Below are positions 7,820-23,699 of a DNA stretch of 64,000 nt, piece after piece. Source of the DNA: Sedimentisphaerales bacterium (GTDB taxonomy: Bacteria; Planctomycetota; Phycisphaerae; Sedimentisphaerales; Anaerobacaceae); assembly GCA_040772485.1 (NCBI GenBank), contig JAXGYC010000007.1, positions 1,056,001-1,120,000 on the forward strand, given 5' to 3'. Each line of letters starts with the position of its first letter. The first letter of the stretch is position 1. The notes beneath the pieces are model-generated. The model made no database searches. It had not been told where the DNA came from and was given only the letters and a program-made list of their open reading frames with translations. Made by a program: the position numbers and the translations under genes.

Positions 7820-10060
7820 TCACGGATGCCGCTGCTTGACCTTCTGGTACTCGAGAAAATCGACGTACTGCCCCATCTGGAGTGCGACGTCGCGCCGGCC
7901 GAGTTCCTTCAGAAGCGCAATGTGTCTGCGAACCACAGAAATCGCCTCCTCATAGCGATGCTGGTTCTCCAGCAACCTGGCCAGCCTCTCGTAATGGGCA
8001 AGGTTCTTCGGCTCCAGGACCATTGCCCGGTCGAAGGCCTCGCAAGCCGCTTTGAGGTCGCCGGCCCGCGCCAGCACGTCGCCGAGCCGATCCCACGAAA
8101 CAACAGAGTTCGGGTTTCGCTCCAGATCGATGCGAAACCACTTCGCCGCCTCGGCCAGGTGCGTCCGGGCCTCTGCCTTTTCGCCCGTCTTCTGCAGTGC
8201 GATGGCCAGATTCCGGTGGGCGCAAGCAAGCGCCATTTTCTGCGGCCCGGCATTCTCCCCGCCGGCGACCGCGTTTTGGAGAGCCTCGATGGCCCCCGCC
8301 CAGTCGTCCTGAGCCAGTCTGACGGCACCGACCCGGCTCCAGGCCTCGATCGCCACGGACGCATCGAGTTGGGCGGCTCGTTGATATCGCTGTGCGCTCT
8401 CGCCATAGTGCCGCTGCGCCCAAAGCTGTTCGGCCTCTCGAAGACATCGACGGGCCAGTCGCCACCGGGCGCCCTGCCGGACGACAGGGGCCACGAGATC
8501 CTCCACCGGCGCGTAGTCATCGGTCAGCACCAGGCGGGAACTTCCCGCGTGAATGCGTGTGACATCCGACTCGTCGAGCAGCCGGAATGCCATGTGTCGG
8601 TCGAAGCCCTCCAGCAACCGTCTTGCATCACATGCATGCTGCGCGGCGAAAACCACAAAGGAACTCAAAGCCGACTGCCGGCTCAGCGGTTCTCCAATGA
8701 CCTCGACATGCGAGAATGTCTGCCGCAGCGTCCCGACCAGGGCGCCAAGAAGGCGGCCGCCTTCGCACGTATCGACCAGGGCCAGCATGTATGCACCGTC
8801 CTCGGCCAGAAGGCCGGCGACCTTCTCGTGGAACTCCTGCGTCACCAACTGGAACGGGACAGACTCGCTGCCGACCGCATCGGCGAAAATGAAATCATAC
8901 GGCCTCGGCGACTGGCCTGCTTCCCGTTCGCGCGCCAACTGCTCCACGCCGTAACGCACGTCCATGTGGACGGTCTCGATCCCCATCCCCTCTTTGAGGT
9001 CGAGGGCCTGTCGCGCTGCGCCCGTAACACCCGCGTCAATCTCGACGACGTTCACCCGAGCCTCGGGCCAGACCGTCGCGAGATATTGCGGGAAGGCATA
9101 ACCTCCGCTGCCCAGGACCAGCATCGACGGCGCGCTCTTGCCCTCTGCCACACCGTGTGTCAGGGCCGCGAAGACGTTCGTGTGGAAATCGTGCAGTCGC
9201 GTGACCTCGCCGATTACGAACTCGGTGCGGCCGATCCTGTCGCGCAGAAGCGACCGTCGGTTGGGCCGATCGGACATCCGCCGGACAGCGATATGACCGT
9301 ATGGCGTCTCGTCCTCGTAGATCACGTTCGGATCGCGCGCCTCGCGAAGACAAACGCCCACGCCGACTTCGCGCGCCCACTCCGCGGGTCCCATACCCAT
9401 CACCCCCAGCGTTGCGAACACCATTGCCCACAGGCACAGCGCCCAGCAACTGGTCCAGTAGAGCAGCGCCATGCCCAGCAGGGCGGCGCCGATGAGCCAA
9501 ACGATCGCGGTGCAGCCATAGCTGGGAACCAGGTAGAATGCCGTCAGAGACATTCCGACGATGCTGCCGGCGGCACCCCACGCACAGAGGACCCCTGCCG
9601 CACGACCGAGGGTCGGCCCGGCGTTCAGCGCCATCTTCGCGAGGACCGGGATAACAGCGCCCAGAAGCAGCGACGGAATGAGGAACACCGCGGAAACGTG
9701 CAGGAGAACGTGACAGGGCCAACTCAGTTGCCACGGCCACAACCAGTGGTTTGCCAGGTTGTTGAGCACGATGGCGGCGACGCACGCCGCAGAAGACAAA
9801 CCGAACAGAACCGCCAGAGTCCGCCGGACGTGGAAGCGGTCGGCGAAGCGACCGCCGAGATAGCCGCCCAAGACCAGTCCCGCCAGAAGGACGCCGAAGA
9901 CCGAGGTCCACGTATACAGCGATGTCCCCAGGCTGCTGCTTGCCAGCCGCGTCGCGACCAATCCGAAGGCCGTGACGCAGCCGCCCACGAGAAAAGCGGT
10001 TGCGCCCGGAACGAAGAGCCGCAGTACATCCCTGAGTCTGCCCATGCCTCTGTTTCTCAT
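7820..10060 (-). CDS. Fused membrane (MFS-like)/spermidine synthase-like SAM-dependent domain protein with C-terminal TPR repeats
   Basis: N-terminal TM domain (GTSLYTWTSVFGV, GGRFADR); VLGSGGY, VVEID, YDFIFADA, LTDDYAPVE; C-terminal TPRs; start 10060 or 10045. Confidence 0.8.
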   Translation of the reverse strand: MRNRGMGRLRDVLRLFVPGATAFLVGGCVTAFGLVATRLASSSLGTSLYTWTSVFGVLLAGLVLGGYLGGRFADRFHVRRTLAVLFGLSSAACVAAIVLNNLANHWLWPWQLSWPCHVLLHVSAVFLIPSLLLGAVIPVLAKMALNAGPTLGRAAGVLCAWGAAGSIVGMSLTAFYLVPSYGCTAIVWLIGAALLGMALLYWTSCWALCLWAMVFATLGVMGMGPAEWAREVGVGVCLREARDPNVIYEDETPYGHIAVRRMSDRPNRRSLLRDRIGRTEFVIGEVTRLHDFHTNVFAALTHGVAEGKSAPSMLVLGSGGYAFPQYLATVWPEARVNVVEIDAGVTGAARQALDLKEGMGIETVHMDVRYGVEQLAREREAGQSPRPYDFIFADAVGSESVPFQLVTQEFHEKVAGLLAEDGAYMLALVDTCEGGRLLGALVGTLRQTFSHVEVIGEPLSRQSALSSFVVFAAQHACDARRLLEGFDRHMAFRLLDESDVTRIHAGSSRLVLTDDYAPVEDLVAPVVRQGARWRLARRCLREAEQLWAQRHYGESAQRYQRAAQLDASVAIEAWSRVGAVRLAQDDWAGAIEALQNAVAGGENAGPQKMALACAHRNLAIALQKTGEKAEARTHLAEAAKWFRIDLERNPNSVVSWDRLGDVLARAGDLKAACEAFDRAMVLEPKNLAHYERLARLLENQHRYEEAISVVRRHIALLKELGRRDVALQMGQYVDFLEYQKVKQRHP

Positions 10061-10130
10061 CCTTCGGAGCAAAACCGGAGTATAGCAGAGACCGCAGACG
10101 CTGACAAGGCGAGCGTGCAGACGCATCAAC

Positions 10131-11585
10131 CTATGGCTGGACTTGTACGATCATCCGGCGGTAACTGTATAGACTCGGCTGCCCGTCGTCCACCACCTCC
10201 AGGATGACGTGAATCGTCCGGGGCGAGCTTGCGTTTGGAACGACCAGGCGAGCCTGAGGCGTTGCGTGCTTTTCGATCTCCACAGGCCCCCGGTGAGTGC
10301 CGGCCTCTTCGTATACGAACCAGCGATACGCCAGGGCATCTCCGTCGGGATCGTGCGTTCCCGCCGCATCGAGCAACACGCTCTGCCCCGGACGGACGAC
10401 CATGTGCACGACTGCCTGGCTCTCGTCGTCGGCAACCACGACCACCGGGTTGTGGTTGGCCCTCTCGAAGCGATCCGCCACACACCAGTCCATCCGGGCC
10501 GCGAAGTCGTGCTGATACGCCCGGCGCCACCGCCAGATCGTGGCCTGAGCCGTCGTATAGGAAACCCCGTTGTCCGCGACAACCGTATCCTGACAACCTT
10601 CGGCGTTGGTCCAGATGGGGCGCGTCTCGCCGTAGCAGGCGTACAGCACGTAGCGCCCACCCCATCCCCCGTACGCGGGACTGACGTCGCCGCCCAATCC
10701 GTTGCCGATCAGGTTGAAGAAGGACGGCGTATCCCCTTCCATGATGTACTCCAGACGTGGATAGAGGGCGCCGAGAGGACCGTGGCCCCGAATGATGTTC
10801 TCTTCCAGCCAGGGGTTGTCCACCAGATCGAACGCGTGCATCGGCCCGTTCCGGTACCGGCGGTCGCCCGATATGCCGGTCCACGTCGCCTTGTAGTACT
10901 CGCGATAGTCGACCGTGCTCGGCGTGACGATGTAGAACAGCGCCGGAAACGTCGCGCGCAGCCAGCGGCCGGAGTCGTCCTGATCGGAGATCGTGTATAC
11001 GCGAAGCTTCGACACAAAGGCATTCAGGTCTGCCTCGGAGCGCTCGCTTTTCACGTCCCACAGGGCCTGCGCCAGGCAGTTGGCCCCTCCCCAGACGCTG
11101 ATCCAGACCGGCCGCGGGTCGGGCCGATCCACCACCTCGATGATGTGGCGCGAGCCTTCGGAACTGCGACCCGGCCCTACGCCTTCCATGCCGAAAACGG
11201 GCCGGCCCGACTTGGTGACACTGCGGAGATGCTCGGCGGCGGGATACCCCGACGCGTGGCGAAGAAGGTTCTCTCGCACCCGGCCGAAAGCCTCGACGCG
11301 CTCGCGAATCTTGTCGGGCCGCACTTTGTCGCGTAACCAGACCGATGTCGTCGCAATCACGCCCTCCACGTCGAACTCGTTCGAGTACACCAGGAAGCGA
11401 ACCATCGACTGTTCATCGTCCGGCTCGTTGGTGATGTCCGTCAGCACGATGACTCGCGGCTTCTCGCGTGGCTCGAAACGCACTTCGGCCTCCGTCGCGC
11501 GGCCCGGAGCGATCAAGCCCAGCACCGGCAGGACAAAACCCACAAATCCCACGGCAGTTCGATCTATCGATATCCGAGTTTCCAT
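10131..11585 (-). CDS. DUF1593 nucleoside hydrolase-like protein with C-terminal PKD/REJ-like domain
   Basis: VLTDITNEPDDEQS, WGGAN, ISDQDD, MEGDTPSF, GGWGGRY, DFAARMDW, THDPDGD; signal-like N-terminus. Confidence 0.85.
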   Translation of the reverse strand: METRISIDRTAVGFVGFVLPVLGLIAPGRATEAEVRFEPREKPRVIVLTDITNEPDDEQSMVRFLVYSNEFDVEGVIATTSVWLRDKVRPDKIRERVEAFGRVRENLLRHASGYPAAEHLRSVTKSGRPVFGMEGVGPGRSSEGSRHIIEVVDRPDPRPVWISVWGGANCLAQALWDVKSERSEADLNAFVSKLRVYTISDQDDSGRWLRATFPALFYIVTPSTVDYREYYKATWTGISGDRRYRNGPMHAFDLVDNPWLEENIIRGHGPLGALYPRLEYIMEGDTPSFFNLIGNGLGGDVSPAYGGWGGRYVLYACYGETRPIWTNAEGCQDTVVADNGVSYTTAQATIWRWRRAYQHDFAARMDWCVADRFERANHNPVVVVADDESQAVVHMVVRPGQSVLLDAAGTHDPDGDALAYRWFVYEEAGTHRGPVEIEKHATPQARLVVPNASSPRTIHVILEVVDDGQPSLYSYRRMIVQVQP

Positions 11586-11853
11586 TTGTCTGCTCCCGTA
11601 TCCCATACCGGGTGGTTCGGACCCGCGGCGGCACGAGCCGTCGTGAGATGCTGCGTCCATGCCGCGTGTAGCCGCCGTCTGTGTTTGCGGCGAAGGCCCC
11701 GGCGCCTTCTTTCTACCCACGCAGGCACTTCCGTGCAACCGGCAGCCACAGAATCCCAGGTTGCCCATCCACACATCGCGCTCCGCGTGCCGTCGGTTCG
11801 TACGCGGAGATCGCACGCCAGGGTGACATCGGCGTCCACTCGCGACGGAAAGG

Positions 11854-11882
11854 TTGCATTCGCCCGGACCTTCTCCTATACT
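11854..11882 (+). promoter_or_regulatory. Putative sigma70 promoter for glgE-treS-glgB
   Basis: TTGCAT-17 bp-TATACT. Confidence 0.55.
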
Positions 11883-11919
11883 GAGCATGGCCCATAACAA
11901 CGAATCAGGAATCTCCAGC

Positions 11920-13953
11920 GTGAACCGACATCGACCGAACCCAAACACCTCTTCGTGCGTGACGATAATCGTGGACCGTGACGGCAGAAGACGCGTGGTG
12001 ATCGACACCGTGCGTCCGCAGGTCGATGAAGGACGCTTCGCGATCAAGCGGTCGCTTGGTGAGACCGTGGCGGTGCGGGCGGACGTCTTCGCCGATGGGC
12101 ACGACCGCATCCGCGTCGAGTTGTTGTACCGGGGTCCTGGCCAGGAATCCTGGACCGTCCAACCGATGACTCATCGCGTCAACGACGAGTGGGTGGCAGG
12201 TTTCGCGGTCACCCAACTGGGCGATTATCTCTACACGGTTCGCGGCTGGGTGGACCCCTTCGCAACGTGGCAGGCAAGTCTGGCCAGACGAGCGGAAACG
12301 AATCAGGACGTCGGGGTCGAATTGCGGATCGGTATCGAGATGCTCGGGGCCATGGCGAAACGAGCCGGCCGATCCGATGCCGAAGCGATCAGGAACCAGG
12401 TCCGGCGTCTGCGTTCGGCCAGACAAGTCTGCACGGCGGTCCGGATTGCGCTGAGCGACGAACTGACGGCGCTGGTGGCCAGGTACCCTGACCGATCGCT
12501 CGCCAGCGTGTACGACAAGGAATTGGCGGTCATCGTGGACCGGCCGAAAGCGGTGTTCAGCGCATGGTACGAACTGTTTCCCCGTTCGTTCGGTCGAGCC
12601 GGCCGGCACGGGACCTTCCGCGACTGCGAGCGGCTCGTGCCGGAGATCGCGCGGATGGGGTTCGACGTGCTGTACCTGCCTCCGATCCATCCGATCGGGC
12701 AAACGCATCGCAAGGGCCGCAACAACGCCACCGCCTGCACGTCAGCGGACCCCGGCTGCCCGTGGGCCATCGGCAGCGCCGAAGGAGGCCACACCGCCGT
12801 CGCCGGCGAATTGGGAACGCTGAGCAGCTTTCGCCGCCTGGTCGAGAAGGCCGGCGAGCACGGACTGGAAATCGCCATGGACCTGGCCTTTCAATGCTCG
12901 CCCGACCATCCCTATGTGCAATCCCATCCGGAGTGGTTTCGCCGGCGGCCGGATGGAACCGTGCAGTTCGCCGAGAACCCGCCGAAGAGATATGAGGACA
13001 TCATTCCGCTGGACTTCGAGACGCCGCACTGGAGAACGCTCTGGGAGGAGCTGCGCGATGTCGTGCTCTTCTGGATCGACCAGGGTGTGCGCATCTTCCG
13101 CGCGGACAACCCGCACACCAAGCCGTTCGGCTTCTGGGAGTGGCTGATCGACGAGGTCCGCCGGCGTCACCCCGACGTCCTGTTCCTGGCGGAGGCGTTC
13201 ACGCGGCCCAAGGTCATGCAGCGTCTGGCGAAGGTCGGCTTCAATCAGTCGTATACCTACTTCGCGTGGCGCAATACGAAATGGGAGCTGGAGCACTATA
13301 TCCGGGAGCTGACGCAGACCGAGGTCGCCGAGTACATGCGTCCGAACTTCTGGCCCAACACCCCCGACATCCTGCCGCAGTACCTCCAATACGGCGGCCG
13401 AGCGGCGTTTATCATTCGCCTGGTTCTGGCCGCGACGCTGTCGTCCAGCTACGGCATCTACGGCCCGGCCTTCGAACTGTGCGTCACCGAAGCCATCGAG
13501 GGAGCAGAGGAGTATCTCGATTCGGAGAAGTACGAGATCAGGAGGTGGGACTGGAATCGCGAAGGCAACATCCGCGAGGTCGTCGCGCGTCTCAACCGCA
13601 TTCGCCGGGCCAATCCCAGCCTCCAGCGATTTCGCAACATCCGTTTGTACGAGGTCCGGAACGAGAACCTGCTGTGTTACGGCAAGACCGGCGATGAGGC
13701 GGGCGATGTCACGGTGGTCATCGTGAACCTCGATCCGCACCACACGCAGTCGGGCCGGGTGCAACTGCCGCTGGATACCCTGGGCCTCGACCCACACCAG
13801 TCGTACCTGATGGACGATGCCCTGACAGGCAATACGTATGTCTGGCAAGGAGCAAGCAACTACATCGAGCTTGACCCTGACGTGATGCCCGCCTGCATCC
13901 TGCGTCTGCGACGCGCGTTGCGGCGGGAGATCGACGTCGAGTCCTCCGTCTGA
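11920..13953 (+). CDS. glgE: Alpha-1,4-glucan:maltose-1-phosphate maltosyltransferase GlgE (GH13_3)
   Basis: WYELFPRS, YLPPIHPIG, AENPPKRYEDI, FRADNPHTKP, FLAEAFT, PNTPDIL; start uncertain (GTG 11920 after AGGA; alternatives 11887, 11959). Confidence 0.93.
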   Translation: MNRHRPNPNTSSCVTIIVDRDGRRRVVIDTVRPQVDEGRFAIKRSLGETVAVRADVFADGHDRIRVELLYRGPGQESWTVQPMTHRVNDEWVAGFAVTQLGDYLYTVRGWVDPFATWQASLARRAETNQDVGVELRIGIEMLGAMAKRAGRSDAEAIRNQVRRLRSARQVCTAVRIALSDELTALVARYPDRSLASVYDKELAVIVDRPKAVFSAWYELFPRSFGRAGRHGTFRDCERLVPEIARMGFDVLYLPPIHPIGQTHRKGRNNATACTSADPGCPWAIGSAEGGHTAVAGELGTLSSFRRLVEKAGEHGLEIAMDLAFQCSPDHPYVQSHPEWFRRRPDGTVQFAENPPKRYEDIIPLDFETPHWRTLWEELRDVVLFWIDQGVRIFRADNPHTKPFGFWEWLIDEVRRRHPDVLFLAEAFTRPKVMQRLAKVGFNQSYTYFAWRNTKWELEHYIRELTQTEVAEYMRPNFWPNTPDILPQYLQYGGRAAFIIRLVLAATLSSSYGIYGPAFELCVTEAIEGAEEYLDSEKYEIRRWDWNREGNIREVVARLNRIRRANPSLQRFRNIRLYEVRNENLLCYGKTGDEAGDVTVVIVNLDPHHTQSGRVQLPLDTLGLDPHQSYLMDDALTGNTYVWQGASNYIELDPDVMPACILRLRRALRREIDVESSV

Positions 13954-13968
13954 CAGGAGCCACCGCCC

Positions 13969-17304
<3,336 letters not shown>

Positions 17305-17365
17305 TCCGCTGTTCGGGACGCCCGGTGGGATGACGTCCGCCGGACAGCGAATCCAGAGAGGTCTT

Positions 17366-19330
<1,965 letters not shown>

Positions 19331-19363
19331 CGGGACCATGTGCCTGCCGCGGCCCTATCGGGC

Positions 19364-20863
19364 CTACAGGCGACCGTAGGTTTCCGTCAGGTCTTTCAGT
19401 CTCGCCGCCAGGCGCGCGGTAAGCCGGCCGTCGCGCATCCGCCAGAACCAGTTGCCCGTCGATTTGGCAGGATAGTTCATTCGAGCCGAGGCGCCCAACG
19501 ACAGGACATCCTGCATCGGGACGATCGCCAGCTTGGCAATGGAGGCCATCGCCAGCCGCATCAGTTCCCAGGAGATCTCCTTGGCCGCGGACTTGTGGCC
19601 AAGATACTCGGAGAGACGTTTGCGCCGAGCCCCGTCCATTTCGTGGTCGAACCAGCCGCGCGTCGTGTTGTTGTCGTGCGTACCCGTATAGACGATCGCG
19701 TTGGGAATGTGGTTGTGCGGCATGTGAATGTTGCGCTTCGGATCGCCGCTGAAGGCAAATTGCAGCACCCGCATGCACGGGAACTCATACCGGGCGACCG
19801 TCTCCCGCACGTCGGGCGTGATGTGGCCAAGGTCCTCTGCGAAAATCGCTGCGAACGGAATCTGCCGGAACAGCGTGCCGAAGAAACTCTCGCTCGGCGC
19901 CTTGACCCACTTGCCGCGCGCGGCCGTCTTGTGGCCGGCAGGTACCTCCCAGTACGCCACCAGTCCACGGAAATGGTCGATCCGCACCAGGTCGAACAGC
20001 AGGAGATTGTGCCGGATCCGCTGCATCCACCACGCGAACCCGGTACGCTCGGAATAGTCCCAGTCGTACACCGGGTTGCCCCACAACTGACCGGTCTTGC
20101 TGAAATAATCCGGGGGCACCCCGCCGATGAACTTCGGCTTCTTGTCGGCTCTGAGCTTAAACACCTCGGGGTTCGACCAGACGTCGGCGCTGTCGTAGGC
20201 GACATAGATGGGCAGGTCCCCGATCACCTGCACGCCCTGCTCGTGCGCGTAGCGCTGCAGATCGAGGTATTGCCGATAAAACACATACTGGAGAAATCGC
20301 TCTCGTTCGATCGCTTCGGCGAGATCGGCCTTCATCGCATTGAGCGCCTTGGCCTTTCTGTCCCTCAAGGCCGCCGGCCAGTCGCACCAGGGGCGCCCCT
20401 TGAAATGCCTCTTGATCGCGACAAACGAGGCGAAGGGCTCCAGCCACACTTGATGCTCCGCACAGAACGGCTCATAATCGGCCGGCTGCGGCCGTTCCTG
20501 GAACCGTTGAAAGGCTCGCTCGAGCAGCTCGCGCTTGTACCGTTCGACCTTCGGGAAGTCAACCCTGTCGGCCGGAAACGATGGAGGGCCGGCGATCTCG
20601 CCACGCCGCAGCAAGCCGATCCGGTGCAACAGAACCGGACTGATTAACAGGGGGTTTCCCGCGAAGGCCGAGAAGCAGTTGTACGGCGAATGTCCCGTCC
20701 GGACGGTGGTGTGATTCAAAGGCAGAATCTGCCAGCAGTTCTGGCCGGCCTGCCTGAGGAAGTCGACGAAACGATACGTCGCCGGACCGAAATCGCCGAT
20801 GCCGAATTCCGAAGGCACCGACGTGATGTGCATCAGGATACCGCTGGATCGCTGTTTGAGCAT
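19364..20863 (-). CDS. malQ: 4-alpha-glucanotransferase / amylomaltase (GH77)
   Basis: GILMHITS, WQILPL, GVPPDYFSKTGQLWGNP, RIDHFRG, AEDLG, YTGTHDN. Confidence 0.95.
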   Translation of the reverse strand: MLKQRSSGILMHITSVPSEFGIGDFGPATYRFVDFLRQAGQNCWQILPLNHTTVRTGHSPYNCFSAFAGNPLLISPVLLHRIGLLRRGEIAGPPSFPADRVDFPKVERYKRELLERAFQRFQERPQPADYEPFCAEHQVWLEPFASFVAIKRHFKGRPWCDWPAALRDRKAKALNAMKADLAEAIERERFLQYVFYRQYLDLQRYAHEQGVQVIGDLPIYVAYDSADVWSNPEVFKLRADKKPKFIGGVPPDYFSKTGQLWGNPVYDWDYSERTGFAWWMQRIRHNLLLFDLVRIDHFRGLVAYWEVPAGHKTAARGKWVKAPSESFFGTLFRQIPFAAIFAEDLGHITPDVRETVARYEFPCMRVLQFAFSGDPKRNIHMPHNHIPNAIVYTGTHDNNTTRGWFDHEMDGARRKRLSEYLGHKSAAKEISWELMRLAMASIAKLAIVPMQDVLSLGASARMNYPAKSTGNWFWRMRDGRLTARLAARLKDLTETYGRL

Positions 20864-20967
20864 GTTATAAACCTCGTCTGTCGGTTAATCAGAAATCGTT
20901 GGAGAACTGGCCACGGCATCGCCCCATCCACCCGCCCCGGTTTGCGTCCGGCCTGTATCCACCCGTT

Positions 20968-23397
20968 CTAAGGAATCGCCAGGCCGAGATGGTGCGCCAG
21001 GTTCCCGAAATGCTCGACCCACTTGGCCGCTTCTTCGTCGTTGGCCGCAGCACGCCGCTTCATCGCCGGCCACTTACGCTTGGCGATGTTGAAGAACACG
21101 TTCTGCGCGTTTTGCAGATCCAGCGTGGAGGTCAGCGTGCGAAGAATCTCCAGACTCTCCTCGATCGAGCAGAGCAGGTCCACGTCTTCGCTGCGTTCGG
21201 CCAGTTGATCCATCAGGTCGTTGATCCGGTGGCTGCCTTCGAAACTCAGGCGTTCCTTGTCCAGGCTCAGCGACAGGCGTTCCGCCTCGTCGGCGAGGTT
21301 GCGCAGACGATTCACGTCGATCGTCGCGGCCTGGATTTCCGCGCAGAGATCCTCGTTCAGGATGAACTCCGCCGGCGCCGACAACGCCTTGGGCAGCGGC
21401 ATGTTCATGTTGCGGATCATCTGCATGATCGCGTAATTGTGCTCGTAGATGTGCCGGAACGAACTCTCGATCTCCTCCCAGGTGCTTTCCAGAAGCTCGT
21501 GGAGGATCTGCCGCTGCGGGTCTTTGAACAGGTGTGTCAGCGAGTAGTTCTTTCCTCCGAAGACGACGTTCATCAGGCGCATCACCTCGTTGCTGTCGCT
21601 TCGACGAAACGCCTTGTTGAGATCCTGACGGACCGCATGGAACCCGTTGTCATCCATGCGCCCCCGCACGGTGGCGAACAGATTGTGATCGCCCAGATAG
21701 AAGACGACCAGATCGGCCGCATGCCGCTCGAAGGTGATGTTCGACCGAATCGTCACCCGGCCGGTGGTGAGAACCTGCATGCCGGCCTCTGCCCGGTCCA
21801 GGCCGTCCACGGTGGCCGTATAGCAGTAGATCTCCGTCGTCCGTTCGCGGGCCTCCTCGAACACCGAACTGAGCGCAAAGTGCGCCGCCACCCGGTTCAG
21901 GTCGATGCGCGCCGGTTCGACAAAGGCCTCATAGACCTCGCGCCCGTTGGTAAACGGCCGAACGTTGGCGGGAGCATGTTGCAGCATCTCCTTGAACTGC
22001 GGCACGAGGTCCCAGCCCTGCACCTCCTGGCACAACTGCATCGACCGGGCCGCGTACTGCATCACCTGCACCGTCTCGATCCCGGCGATGTTGTCGAAGA
22101 ACCATCCGCAACTCGTGTACATCAGCAAAGCGTGCCGCTGCATCTCCAGGAGCTTGAGGAATATCACCTTTTCCTCCAGGGGCAGCGCCCGTCCGGTCGA
22201 CTGGGTGATGAAGTCCTCGACGTTTTCCTGCGAGCGATCGTTGATCGCGGCGATGTACTCGTTACGCAGCTTCCATGGATCGGCGTGGTATCTCGACATG
22301 CGATCCTGATACACCTCCGCCTGCTTGTCGCGGACCCAATCCATGGCCTGTCGCAAGGGGGCGCGCCACTGCTGCTTTCCCGAATTGGCCTGGTCGGCGG
22401 CACAGCCGCAGTTGCTCTTCCACCGCTCGACCCCGTGCGCGCAGCTCCAGGAGCTGTTCTCCCAGATCTCCACCTCCTGGTCCGGCGGAAACTTCTCCAG
22501 GTACTCGCCATAGATCGTGATTTTCGCCAGGCTGTTGCTCTCGATATGGTGAATGCAGTAGGCCAGCGCCATGTCGCCGTGACGGTGGTGATGCCCGAAC
22601 GATTCCCCGTCCGTCGCTACGTGCACCAGACGCGGGCCATCGCCGTCGGAGGGAAATGCGCCGATGAGCCGCGAGGCGAAGTTGGTGCCGCTGTGAAGAA
22701 GGCCGCCGTAGGCGATGTCATGCGAAGCCGGACCGCTGTAGAAGAACAGCACGATCTGTTTGCCGGAAGGAAGGACGCAGATGTAGGGAACGCTCGTGTC
22801 GAGATCGTTCTCGTTGACGTCTTTCCATCGGCGCGCGCCCACCTTGCGGACCCGCTTGGCCTGCCGCGGCGCCAGAATCGTGAACTTGATCCCGTGCTCG
22901 GCCAGCACCTCCAGCGACGGCAGGTCCGCCGCCGTCTCGGCCAGCCACATGCCCTCCGGCGCCCGCTGGAACCGCTGCTTGAAATCCTGGATGCCCCAGA
23001 TGACCTGCGTGTGCTTGTCCCGGGTGTTCGACAGGGGCAGGATCATGTGGTTGTACGCCTGCGCCAGGGCGCTGCCGTGCCCGGAGAAGCGTTCCCGGCT
23101 GTTCCGATCGGCCTGGAGGATGCTCTCGTAGACGTCCGGGGCATGGGTTTCGAGCCAGGACAGCAGCGTCGGCCCGAAATTGAAGCTCATACGCTCGTAG
23201 TTGCTGACGATGTCGACGATTTTGCGATCGGGACCCAGGATCCGCGAGGCGGCGTTCTGTCGATAGCACTCCTCGGTGATCCGCGCATTCCAGTCATGGT
23301 AGGGATAGGCCGAATCCTGTAACTCCACGTCCTCCAGCCATGCGTTCTCACGCGGCGGCTGGTAGAAATGGCCGTGTATGCAGACATATTTATCCAT
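20968..23397 (-). CDS. GH57 family glycoside hydrolase with DUF3536 domain
   Basis: CIHGHFYQPPREN, NFGPTLLSW, WLAETA, ATDGE, SWSCAHGVERW, MYTSCGWFF. Confidence 0.9.
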   Translation of the reverse strand: MDKYVCIHGHFYQPPRENAWLEDVELQDSAYPYHDWNARITEECYRQNAASRILGPDRKIVDIVSNYERMSFNFGPTLLSWLETHAPDVYESILQADRNSRERFSGHGSALAQAYNHMILPLSNTRDKHTQVIWGIQDFKQRFQRAPEGMWLAETAADLPSLEVLAEHGIKFTILAPRQAKRVRKVGARRWKDVNENDLDTSVPYICVLPSGKQIVLFFYSGPASHDIAYGGLLHSGTNFASRLIGAFPSDGDGPRLVHVATDGESFGHHHRHGDMALAYCIHHIESNSLAKITIYGEYLEKFPPDQEVEIWENSSWSCAHGVERWKSNCGCAADQANSGKQQWRAPLRQAMDWVRDKQAEVYQDRMSRYHADPWKLRNEYIAAINDRSQENVEDFITQSTGRALPLEEKVIFLKLLEMQRHALLMYTSCGWFFDNIAGIETVQVMQYAARSMQLCQEVQGWDLVPQFKEMLQHAPANVRPFTNGREVYEAFVEPARIDLNRVAAHFALSSVFEEARERTTEIYCYTATVDGLDRAEAGMQVLTTGRVTIRSNITFERHAADLVVFYLGDHNLFATVRGRMDDNGFHAVRQDLNKAFRRSDSNEVMRLMNVVFGGKNYSLTHLFKDPQRQILHELLESTWEEIESSFRHIYEHNYAIMQMIRNMNMPLPKALSAPAEFILNEDLCAEIQAATIDVNRLRNLADEAERLSLSLDKERLSFEGSHRINDLMDQLAERSEDVDLLCSIEESLEILRTLTSTLDLQNAQNVFFNIAKRKWPAMKRRAAANDEEAAKWVEHFGNLAHHLGLAIP

Positions 23398-23699
23398 CTA
23401 CGACCTCACACTGCACACTGCATCAGGCAGTGAATCAGTTCCAATCAGGGTCAGGCAGGCACCGTTCCTCACCTTGTCGCGAGGGGATGCACAGCCCGCC
23501 TGAACCGTTCGACTCGCGGCCGGTGCCGCACGAAACACGTGATAATAAGGCAACTTCCCCTGACAGGCAACCGCTCTGCCCAGATTGCCACCTGTCCGAA
23601 GTTGTCGCCATCCAGGCTCTTCGGTATTATCGTCATCTGGTGCTCTCGTGCTACAGCGCTTAAGACGCTCCCGGCAAAGATAATCTGGAGGTGACCGCC

